64,000 nucleotides of DNA, from contig OZ244807.1 in NCBI GenBank assembly GCA_965220185.1, positions 2,578,956 to 2,642,955 on the forward strand, written 5' to 3'. The notes under the pieces were generated by a model. The model worked only from the letters and a program-made list of their open reading frames with translations. It was not told the origin of the DNA and did not search any database. The DNA comes from Candidatus Azotimanducus sp. (GTDB taxonomy: Bacteria; Pseudomonadota; Gammaproteobacteria; Pseudomonadales; Azotimanducaceae). This document shows, one piece after another, positions 47,020-54,834 of the stretch (position 1 is the first letter of the stretch; each line of letters starts with the position of its first letter). Position numbers and translations under genes: made by a program.

Positions 47020-50000
47020 TCACCAGCGCAGCGCGATATCAAACCCGATGCCGTGCTCAGCTGCGGCCGCACCGCCTTCCCTGCGGGTTGCCGTGAGACC
47101 AACCGACAGGTCGGGCGCATTCACGGCCTCCGGTGCCAGTCGCCAGCCGATGCTGTAGTCGCGCCATAGCTGGGAGTGCCCGAACCCGATCTGCGGGCTG
47201 GCGGTGAAGCGACCGCCGAAGGCTGCGAAGCCCCAGCCCGCCTGCATCGACCAGCGCCCTGCCGCCGCGTTCGCCGCAAGGCCCTGCGTGCGGTGCTCTA
47301 GCGACGCCGACGCGAACAGGGCATCTAGCCCTCCTCGCGACAAGCCGCCATAGTCCTGTCGGAGGCTGAATACCGGCCCCCTGCCCGTCGTCGAGTCCGG
47401 GTCGTAGGACAGCGAGACGGAAACGCCCGAATCCTCGAAGCCGCTGTCCTCGTGCGTCACGAGCGTGCGTCCTGAAACATCAAGCGCGAGGCCAAGCGAC
47501 GGCGCGGTCCAAGCGAATCCACCGCCTATTTCCGCTCCTAGGCCGGTCTCGGCGTCGCCGCCGTCATGGCGCAGGCCCGCTTCCAGCCTAGGAACGATCC
47601 CGGCACCGTTCGCCAGCGCCATCCGCCAGCTGCCTTCCAAGCCGAACCTGAACCCGGTCACGGTGGTATCCGATGCCGAAAGGCCCTGCACCTCATCCGA
47701 AGAGGTCCGCGTCCACAGCGCGTCCGACACCACCGACAGCCCTGCGCCGCCAACGGATAGCAGTTCGCCCCGCAAGCCCGCAGCCGCCATGTGCCAGCGC
47801 GTGTCCGCAGAAAGATCCTCGCCAGCCCCTGTTTTCAGGCTCACTTCGCCTTCGCCAAGGCCCGCCGCGCCCCATATCCTCAAACGCTGCGAAAGCCGCG
47901 CCGCCGCGTAGGGAACCGCCGATGTCAGCGTCGCCTCAACGTCGCCAGCGCCTACCGCAAGGCCGCACGGCGCCGCAGCCTCCGCGCACTCCGGGTTGCC
48001 GGACAGGGGTGCGATGCCTGAATCGTGGTAGCTGCCCTCGCTCGCGCTGCGCACCAGCGCCAGACCTGCCAGCCAGCCGTTGCGGGCGTAGTCCGCGCCC
48101 AGTAGGCCCGTCGACACCTCGCCACCTAGCGACAGGGAGTCCTCGCGACCGTCAAAGCGAGCGTGCGAGGCGCGACCCCAGAACGCCACACTGCCGCCCG
48201 AAGCGTCGCTCTCGCCAGTCAGCGAGAAGTTCGACCCAGCCAAGGCATCGCGCAAGTCCATTGCTTCGGAACGCACCGCCGCGGGTTGCCTCGCCAGCTC
48301 GCCGTAGCCGTAGACTCCGAGGCGCGGCGTCCCGCGGCCTGCCGCCGCCCCGAACGGCGCACTGGCGTCCGCGCCTATTTCCGGGGACGGGCCGAAGCCG
48401 AGTGCACGGCCTGCGAAGCTGCCCTGCATTCCCGGCGCGCGCTCCGCATCGATACGGTCAGCAATGCCGTCGAGTGCCTGTTCCGCCACGGCCCGACCGA
48501 AGCGGGCTAGATACGCCCCCGGTAGCGCGCCGTCATTCGTGATCGTGCCCGTGGCCACTCCGTCGGCGACGGTCACCTCAAAAGTCTCATCGTGCCCCAC
48601 GACCACCAGGTGAAGCACCACCTCGAAGGTCTCACCATCGTCGTTGTGCGCATCGCGCAATGTCGAGACCGATATCTTCTTCTCGGTTTCCCCCTTGCGG
48701 AAGGTGGCCATCGACAACCGGGCACCTTTGTAGTCCACGCCTTCCGTCGCCGATGCCGGCGATGTCTCCCGCGTCTGCCAGAACACATGGGCTTTGCCCG
48801 GCGAGGGCGCCGAAAGGCGCATGATGAATTCCATCGCGGTGCCCTCATCCGCCTCGGCGTCGTCCACCGAAACCGTCAGCGGCACCTCGGCGGCCAAGGC
48901 CGGCGCCCGCTGTGCCTCGACCGGATCGTCGTCGTCCAAGATGTCCACCGCCAGCGAGGACTGCGTACCCACCGTATAGCCGTCCCCTGCGTTCAGCGTC
49001 AAAGTCACCGAGCCGTTCGGCTCGTCCGCGCTGTCGCCCACAGTCGCTACCGTCAGCGTCGCGCTGCCGGTCGCAGGGATGGTCACCGTGCGGTCGCCAG
49101 TCGTCACGCCGTAGTCGCCCGCCGCCGTTACCGTCACGCTCACCGCAAGGCTCGACGCCGGCGCTGGCGCCGCCGTCAGCGTGAAGGTGGCATCGCCGCC
49201 CTCGGTGCCGCCGGAGGCCGCCGTGATGTTCACCTCCGGGGGTTGCGGCGCCGGTTCTTCGGCCTGCTGCCCAGCGGAAACGGTGCACTTGGACGAATCC
49301 CCACCGTCGCACGCCGCCTTGCGCTCAAGCTCCGTCACCACTGCAACCCATCGGTCCCAGCCCTTATCGACATAGCTCTGGGCCTCGGTCACCGTCATCG
49401 GCTCGTCGTCGCCCTTCTCCTCCCCGAGCGCGATCAGCACCCGCACCCAGCGGTACGAATGCAGCGAGCCGTGTTGCGTTTCATTCAGCCACTCCCGGAT
49501 ATTCGCCACAAGTTCCGCGTTCGGCACGAAGGCGGATGCTGGTGCTAGCGCCTCCTGCTTCTTCAGCGCCGCAATCACTTCTGTCCAGCGGTTGCTCTGC
49601 GCGGTGTCCTGTTGAGCGATCCCCTCCGCCTCGCTAGAGGTCATCGGCGTCAGGTTAATAAGGTCGACCTTGATCGGGCCCAATGCCTTCAGCACCCGCT
49701 TCCAGCGAGTTACGCACTCCGAACTGCACGAGGTCTCGCGCGTCCAGCCGCGGATCCGCGTCACCAGATCCACCTCGTCGTCGTCAATAAACAGCGTGTG
49801 CCACGACACAAGGCCGAGGTCATAGTGATCGGTATCCGTCAGGATCAGCTTCACCGTCTCCAAGGGCTCGTATGCGTCATCGTCAATCATGGTCACCGGA
49901 ATGTCCACATAGGTGGCATCCTTGGCCACTGCGACCGTGTCCGCCACCGTGAAGTCCGCATTCCTCGTCGCCGCCCACTTGGTGTCGCCCAACGTGTACT

Positions 50001-52188
50001 CGAGCGTCAGCGATGCGGCCGGGGCCGGGCTGAAGTTGACCCGCACGTTGTGCGTGCCGCCAGCCTCGTTCGCACTCGACGAGGTCGACTCGAAGCTCGC
50101 CACTGGCACCACGTCGTTGTCCGACACCGCCACGCTCGCCGAAGCGGAACTGCCCACCGTGTAGCCATCGCCGGAGGTCACGGCGGCATCGATCGAGCCG
50201 TCCGCCTCGTCGACGGCGTCGTCGTCGGTCGCCACCGTGAAGTCCGCCGTGCCGCCCGCGCCCACCGTCACCGTGCGCGTGCCCGTCTCGCCCGAGGCGG
50301 CGAAGCTGCCCGTCTCGGATACCGTCACCGACACCTGAATGTCCGAAGCGGGCGCCGGCGTCGCCGTCAGCGTGAAGGTGGCATCCGCACCCTCCGTTAC
50401 TGGCGAGCCGCCGGAGATGCTAATCTCTGGAGTCTGCGGCACCAGTTCGGACCGCTGCCCGACGGCGGGGATGCATGCCTCAAGGCGCTCTAGCTCCTCG
50501 CGCACCTCGCGCCAGCCATCCCACGCCTGCTCCCCGACTCGCGCCTCCGCCGACGTGTAGGGCTGCAGAGTCGCGTGCGTCTCCTCCCCGAACGCGATCA
50601 GCACGCGCAGCCAGTTTTCGCCGTGGTTGCGCTCCGCGCGCCCGCGGTTCAGTTCGTAGTAGCCGCGCACCTTCTTCACCAGCTCCGCCGAGGTCGCCGT
50701 ACACGCCAAAGGTGGCACAACCGAATCCAACAGGGCTGGCGCGACCGGGTCGTCGTCGTCCAAGATATCCACCGCGAGCGAGGACAGCGCGCCCACCGCA
50801 TAGCCGTCCCCCGCGTTCAGCGCCAGCGTCACCGAGCCATTCGGCTCGTCCGCGTCGTCGTCCACGGTCGCCACCGTCAGCGTTGCGCTACCGGTCGTGG
50901 GGATCGTCACCGTGCGGTCGCCAGTCGTCACGCCGTAGTCGCCCGCCGCCGTCACCGTCACGCTCACCGCAAGGTTTGATGCCGGCGCTGGCGTCGCCGT
51001 CAGCGTGAAGGTGGCATCGCCGCCCTCGGTGCCGCCGGAAGCTGCCGTGATGTTCACTTCCGGGGTTTGCGGCACCGGTTCGTTCTGTTGCCCGGGGGTG
51101 CCGCTGAGAGCGCTCCCGCAGGCTTCCAATCGCTCCAGCTCCGCGCGCACCGGACGCCAGCCCGACCTCCATATCGCCTCGCCCGCACGGGCCTCGGCCA
51201 CCGTGTAGGGCTGGAGTGTGGCGTGCGTCTCCGCACCGAAGGCAATCAGCACCCGCAGCCAGTTCTCGCCGTAGTTGCGATCCGCGCGGTTACGGTTCGC
51301 CTCGTAGTAGCGGCGAACCTCCTGCACCAAGTCAGCCGAGGTTGCGGGGCAGGATCGATCGTTGTCATACACTCGAACATATCGCAGAGTTTCCGTTTGT
51401 TTTAAGTAATATTTAGAGTTAGAAGATAGCAGGAGTTCGACAACAATGTCGTCGTAACCCTCGCGGGCGGGCACATCGTCATCCAAGGTAGACATCGAAA
51501 AGGTGATCGAGGACTGTCCAGCCGGGAAGACGACGCACTTTGTTCCTTCATCCTTCTGCGCAAGGAAGTTGCCATTGCCGTAGCGCGAGTCCCGCAGATG
51601 AAGGCAGACTTGGAAGCTCTCCTTCGGAGCCTGGCCCTCCGCTTTGATGGTGAAGTCCACGGTACCGCCTTCGTCAACCCAAGTGTGGTTCCAGTAATCA
51701 GGTATCTCCGGCGCTTCGCTCGTGAGGCTCAAGATGGGGCGGTCGCCTGAGTCGTTGTCCTTCACCACTATCCATATGTAAGGCCTCCAGCCGTTACCGG
51801 AAAAGCCGGCACGGGTGCGTAGCGGCTTCGTGCGGCCAGTGTACGGCGTCACGCCTATCCGCCTGTCATTCTCATCCACTTCGTTGTCGACCGTGGGGAC
51901 GCTTGCAGGAAGTTCGCGCGTGCCAGCCGGTATGGTGTAGTTGATGAATCCACGGCCATCTTCGATAAGCACGGGCACCACCAAGTCCACCTTCTGCACC
52001 GGCGTGACCCGAAGGGTGAAGGTCATAGGCTCGCCTTCCGTGACTGCGGGACCGGCCTTGATCTCAATCTTCGGGAGGTCCCAGAAACTGACTTTGGCGC
52101 TAGCTGCCGGCGCGAGGGCTGCCAGCAGCGGCAACCAGAGGAGGACGGCAAGAATGCCAATGCGGGAGAAGCTTCTTTCGCTCATCAT
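47020..52188 (-). CDS. Giant Calx-beta repeat autotransporter (about 1720 aa)
   Basis: The probable start is ATG 52188 (MMSERSFSRIGILAVLLWLPLLAALAPAASA, with AAGG 7 nt upstream); the track ORF starts at GTG 52227. The passenger has Calx-beta-like units ending ..ILDDDD, ..VSDND and ..MIDDD, and four helical modules. The C-terminus is an autotransporter barrel (...GFRFGLEGSWRM...LRHDGGDAETGLGAEIGGGFAW...GIGFDIALRW). Confidence 0.9.
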   Translation of the reverse strand: MMSERSFSRIGILAVLLWLPLLAALAPAASAKVSFWDLPKIEIKAGPAVTEGEPMTFTLRVTPVQKVDLVVPVLIEDGRGFINYTIPAGTRELPASVPTVDNEVDENDRRIGVTPYTGRTKPLRTRAGFSGNGWRPYIWIVVKDNDSGDRPILSLTSEAPEIPDYWNHTWVDEGGTVDFTIKAEGQAPKESFQVCLHLRDSRYGNGNFLAQKDEGTKCVVFPAGQSSITFSMSTLDDDVPAREGYDDIVVELLLSSNSKYYLKQTETLRYVRVYDNDRSCPATSADLVQEVRRYYEANRNRADRNYGENWLRVLIAFGAETHATLQPYTVAEARAGEAIWRSGWRPVRAELERLEACGSALSGTPGQQNEPVPQTPEVNITAASGGTEGGDATFTLTATPAPASNLAVSVTVTAAGDYGVTTGDRTVTIPTTGSATLTVATVDDDADEPNGSVTLALNAGDGYAVGALSSLAVDILDDDDPVAPALLDSVVPPLACTATSAELVKKVRGYYELNRGRAERNHGENWLRVLIAFGEETHATLQPYTSAEARVGEQAWDGWREVREELERLEACIPAVGQRSELVPQTPEISISGGSPVTEGADATFTLTATPAPASDIQVSVTVSETGSFAASGETGTRTVTVGAGGTADFTVATDDDAVDEADGSIDAAVTSGDGYTVGSSASASVAVSDNDVVPVASFESTSSSANEAGGTHNVRVNFSPAPAASLTLEYTLGDTKWAATRNADFTVADTVAVAKDATYVDIPVTMIDDDAYEPLETVKLILTDTDHYDLGLVSWHTLFIDDDEVDLVTRIRGWTRETSCSSECVTRWKRVLKALGPIKVDLINLTPMTSSEAEGIAQQDTAQSNRWTEVIAALKKQEALAPASAFVPNAELVANIREWLNETQHGSLHSYRWVRVLIALGEEKGDDEPMTVTEAQSYVDKGWDRWVAVVTELERKAACDGGDSSKCTVSAGQQAEEPAPQPPEVNITAASGGTEGGDATFTLTAAPAPASSLAVSVTVTAAGDYGVTTGDRTVTIPATGSATLTVATVGDSADEPNGSVTLTLNAGDGYTVGTQSSLAVDILDDDDPVEAQRAPALAAEVPLTVSVDDAEADEGTAMEFIMRLSAPSPGKAHVFWQTRETSPASATEGVDYKGARLSMATFRKGETEKKISVSTLRDAHNDDGETFEVVLHLVVVGHDETFEVTVADGVATGTITNDGALPGAYLARFGRAVAEQALDGIADRIDAERAPGMQGSFAGRALGFGPSPEIGADASAPFGAAAGRGTPRLGVYGYGELARQPAAVRSEAMDLRDALAGSNFSLTGESDASGGSVAFWGRASHARFDGREDSLSLGGEVSTGLLGADYARNGWLAGLALVRSASEGSYHDSGIAPLSGNPECAEAAAPCGLAVGAGDVEATLTSAVPYAAARLSQRLRIWGAAGLGEGEVSLKTGAGEDLSADTRWHMAAAGLRGELLSVGGAGLSVVSDALWTRTSSDEVQGLSASDTTVTGFRFGLEGSWRMALANGAGIVPRLEAGLRHDGGDAETGLGAEIGGGFAWTAPSLGLALDVSGRTLVTHEDSGFEDSGVSVSLSYDPDSTTGRGPVFSLRQDYGGLSRGGLDALFASASLEHRTQGLAANAAAGRWSMQAGWGFAAFGGRFTASPQIGFGHSQLWRDYSIGWRLAPEAVNAPDLSVGLTATRREGGAAAAEHGIGFDIALRW

Positions 52189-52289
52189 CAATACCTTTTC
52201 GATTCGGCCTATGTGTGGCAGCGCCACTATGGGTCAAATGATACACGCCTATCACTCATCCTGAAAAACCAGACGCAATGTTTCATTTT

Positions 52290-52389
52290 GGGAATTACGT
52301 AGCAAAATCAGCAACGATCTCGCCCGTCGTTTGACGCTTCACAGGCAGGGCAACCCCGCTGCCTCTGCTGATTTTGCTACGTAATTCCC
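52290..52389. repeat. 100-bp element with perfect 24-bp terminal inverted repeats (MITE or structured RNA candidate)
   Basis: GGGAATTACGTAGCAAAATCAGCA (52290..52313) is the exact reverse complement of 52366..52389. The 52-nt core contains a further GGCAG/CTGCC stem. Confidence 0.8.
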
Positions 52390-52461
52390 TCTCCTTTCTT
52401 CTTCGCCAGAACGTCACAATCCGAGAAACGAACCAGCTCCTATATGAGCTTTACTCTAACT

Positions 52462-52506
52462 ATGACTTGTCTAAACATGACTTGTCTAGACATGACTTGA
52501 CGAATA
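52462..52506 (+). repeat. Three tandem 15-bp direct repeats upstream of the 52593 ATPase gene
   Basis: The three units are ATGACTTGTCTAAAC, ATGACTTGTCTAGAC and ATGACTTGACGAATA, with a period of 15 nt. Confidence 0.8.
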
Positions 52507-52592
52507 GCGCAGCGCGGCGCATACTTCCGGCATCACTTCAGTGAGAGAATAAATGAGCCATCCTGCCCCGCGACCAGCACACAGATTACGCC

Positions 52593-53999
52593 ATGTCTGA
52601 GTTCATCGGCCGCAGTTCGGAACTCGATGCGCTTGAGGCGGCATTTGCGTCCAAGCAATCCGAGTTCATTCCGGTGTATGGCAGGCGTCGAGTTGGCAAG
52701 AGCGAGCTCATCCTACAGTTCATGAAAGGCAAGCCCGGCATCTATTACCTTGGCCGGCAATCACCGAGCGGCCTGCAGGTGCGCGAATTTCTTATGGAAG
52801 CGGCGCACACTCTCAACATGCCGCTACTCGCCGAACTCGGCATCAAAGATTGGCGCAAGGCGCTGACAACTGTTGTCGATCAGTGGACGCTCACGCATCC
52901 CGACTCGAAACTGATATTGGCTCTAGACGAATTTCAGTGGATCGCGGCGTCGGAGTCCGGTCTCGTCGCGGACTTGCAGCACAACTGGGATCGTCAATGG
53001 AGAACCAGCGGCAATGTGCTGCTGTTGCTTTGCGGCTCCTACATCGGATTCATGGAACGGGAGGTGCTCGGTCAATCAAGCCCGCTATTCGGTCGCCGCA
53101 CGGCGCAAATTCATCTGCGTCCATTCGGTTACTTGGAAGCCGCCGAATTTCATTCGAGATGGTCGCTCGTTGACCGAGCGTGCGCCTACTTTCTCGTGGG
53201 CGGACTGCCGCAGTACCTGCTGTGTCTCGATGACCGTCTTTCTGTGAGAAGCAACATTCGTCAAAACCTGCTTGACGAATATGCGCCGCTCTTTCATGAA
53301 CCTACCTTTCTGCTGCGAGAAGAGCTACGCGAGATCGCGCCGTACCACGCCATTTTGTTCGCAATTGCCGGTGGAAGCAGTACTGTGCGGGCGATTGCGG
53401 ACACCACTAGCCTGCCAGAGCGCAACCTGCACTACTATTTGCGGCAACTGTTCGATTTAGGCTATGTGCAACGGCGCTACCCGCTTGATGGCCGACGCGC
53501 AAATCCGAAGCAGTTGCGTTTTGCGATTCGAGACCCATTGCTCCGTTTCTGGTTCCGATTCGTGTTCCCCAACAGCAGCATCATCCGCAGCGCTGGCCCG
53601 TCCCGCGCCTTCAACGAGCGCATCGCACCTTCGCTCGATGCCTGGTTTGGCAATGGATTCGAACATCTCTGCCGCGAGGCCTTGCCACTCATTTATGCCC
53701 ATGAGGGCGTGGCCGCGGGGTTCGAAGTTGGTGAGTATTGGAACTCGAAAGCACAAATCGACATTGTCGGCCTGCGCGACGACAATTGGACCGACTTGGG
53801 AGAATGCAAATGGGGCCAGTGGGGAAAGATACGTTCGCCAGCCGCGTTGGAAGCGGAACTTGAGCGCAAGGCAGAATTGTTTCCGAACAATCGTGGCGCA
53901 ACGCTAGGAAAGCGCTATTTTGTGCGCCGCAAGCCGACAGGACGCCAAAACACGCCGAACTGGTATGGGCTAGAGGATCTGTACGCACTGTCTCTCTGA
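52593..53999 (+). CDS. ATP-binding protein of the Arch_ATPase (PF01637-like) type with a DUF234-like C-terminal domain
   Basis: 468-aa ORF with FIGRSSELDAL, Walker A YGRRRVGKSE and Walker B LILALDEFQW. The C-terminal segment AQIDIVGLRDDNWTDLGECKW is typical of the DUF234 end. Confidence 0.8.
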   Translation: MSEFIGRSSELDALEAAFASKQSEFIPVYGRRRVGKSELILQFMKGKPGIYYLGRQSPSGLQVREFLMEAAHTLNMPLLAELGIKDWRKALTTVVDQWTLTHPDSKLILALDEFQWIAASESGLVADLQHNWDRQWRTSGNVLLLLCGSYIGFMEREVLGQSSPLFGRRTAQIHLRPFGYLEAAEFHSRWSLVDRACAYFLVGGLPQYLLCLDDRLSVRSNIRQNLLDEYAPLFHEPTFLLREELREIAPYHAILFAIAGGSSTVRAIADTTSLPERNLHYYLRQLFDLGYVQRRYPLDGRRANPKQLRFAIRDPLLRFWFRFVFPNSSIIRSAGPSRAFNERIAPSLDAWFGNGFEHLCREALPLIYAHEGVAAGFEVGEYWNSKAQIDIVGLRDDNWTDLGECKWGQWGKIRSPAALEAELERKAELFPNNRGATLGKRYFVRRKPTGRQNTPNWYGLEDLYALSL

Positions 54000-54056
54000 G
54001 GAAGAGCCTCCGAAGGGTGAACCGGCGTTCCGCTCGCATGACTGCGTGAACACGCC

Positions 54057-54084
54057 TTGACAAAAAGCGAAATCTGTTTATTAT
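54057..54084 (+). promoter_or_regulatory. Near-consensus sigma70 promoter for the 54119 gene
   Basis: TTGACA (54057..54062), a 16-nt spacer, then TATTAT (54079..54084). GGAG at 54109..54112 lies 6 nt before ATG 54119. Confidence 0.6.
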
Positions 54085-54118
54085 GCCTGAGCATCATTCA
54101 GCTTATTTGGAGAAAGCT

Positions 54119-54683
54119 ATGAAACGATTACCCCCCCCCCCCCCCCCCACCCCCCCCGCTCGCTAAGTTAGCGGCGTTCCTGTTGCTGACAGTATTTGCT
54201 CTGCCTGCATGGGGGCAAGCAGAGTATTTTGCACCCAGGAATACAAGCGCTGTCGCGAAAAGTCAGAGCGACGAGCAACTCTGGGGCGATAGAGTCTGTT
54301 TTTACGCAAGGATAATCGAAATCTCAGATTCAAGCGCAGTAGGGACCGTGCAGTTCTACTACCCTTTAGGTGGCGAATCAGACTCTCTTGCTCCGACAGC
54401 CCCAGAACAAGATGTTGAGATCTGGACCTTGGCACTTAATACAACGGACTATCCAGCCAATCAGTTTAGGGGCAACAAGGCTGGATATGATCATCTTGGA
54501 GGGATCCATCTCATATCGGACAACGATCAGGTGAAACTCTGGAAGCCCTCCTCCCATTACGGCGTCAACTGGGTGCGGCTGGAAATGGATACCCCAAAAC
54601 TCAGGGTCCCTGGTCAGCAACTCAGTCCCGGTTCACCACCTACTTCCGGAAGCGCATGTCGGAACGAGGGTTGGGGATTTTAA
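54119..54683 (+). pseudogene. Small secreted protein, poly(C)-leader family member C, 1 nt out of frame within the tract (phase-OFF state or homopolymer length error)
   Basis: As assembled, ATG 54119 reads MKRLPPPPPPTPPAR and stops at TAA 54164..54166. The 166-aa ORF body (track 54183..54683) is open from 54123 in the +1 frame. Removing one C gives MKRLPPPPPPPPPLAKLAAFLLLTVFALPAWG/QAEYF..., a signal peptide homologous to member A. Confidence 0.65.
54131..54157 (+). repeat. Interrupted homopolymer C18-A-C8
   Basis: Counted directly: C at 54131..54148, A at 54149, C at 54150..54157. Confidence 0.95.
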
Positions 54684-54715
54684 TTTGAGTAGAATCGGCA
54701 CATCGCAGATTGAAC

Positions 54716-54743
54716 AAAAGGCGGCCTTCGGGCCGCTTTTTTT
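54716..54743. terminator. Rho-independent terminator, potentially bidirectional, between convergent genes
   Basis: The sequence is AAAAG-GCGGCC-TTCG-GGCCGC-TTTTTTT: a GC stem with a tetraloop, flanked by an A-run and a T-run. Confidence 0.75.
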
Positions 54744-54834
54744 CATGGTGAGGAATTGAATTTTCGCTTGCGCAACTTCCTGCGGCGCAGACTCCTAGTG
54801 CTCTGAAGCAGAACCTTGAAACACGAATCTGGAT

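Noticed and set aside
47673-50493. Plus-strand ORFs of 289-318 aa (47673..48542, 48592..49548, 49612..50493), and the many ORFs listed on both strands in 116..5218
   Set aside because: They are antisense or off-frame shadows of the two giant autotransporter genes. The translations are Arg/Pro/Ala-rich low-complexity text.
52462-52506. The tandem repeats, considered as a CRISPR array
   Set aside because: There are only three contiguous 15-bp units with no spacers and no cas genes, so this is not a CRISPR architecture. No CRISPR-like array was seen anywhere in the window.
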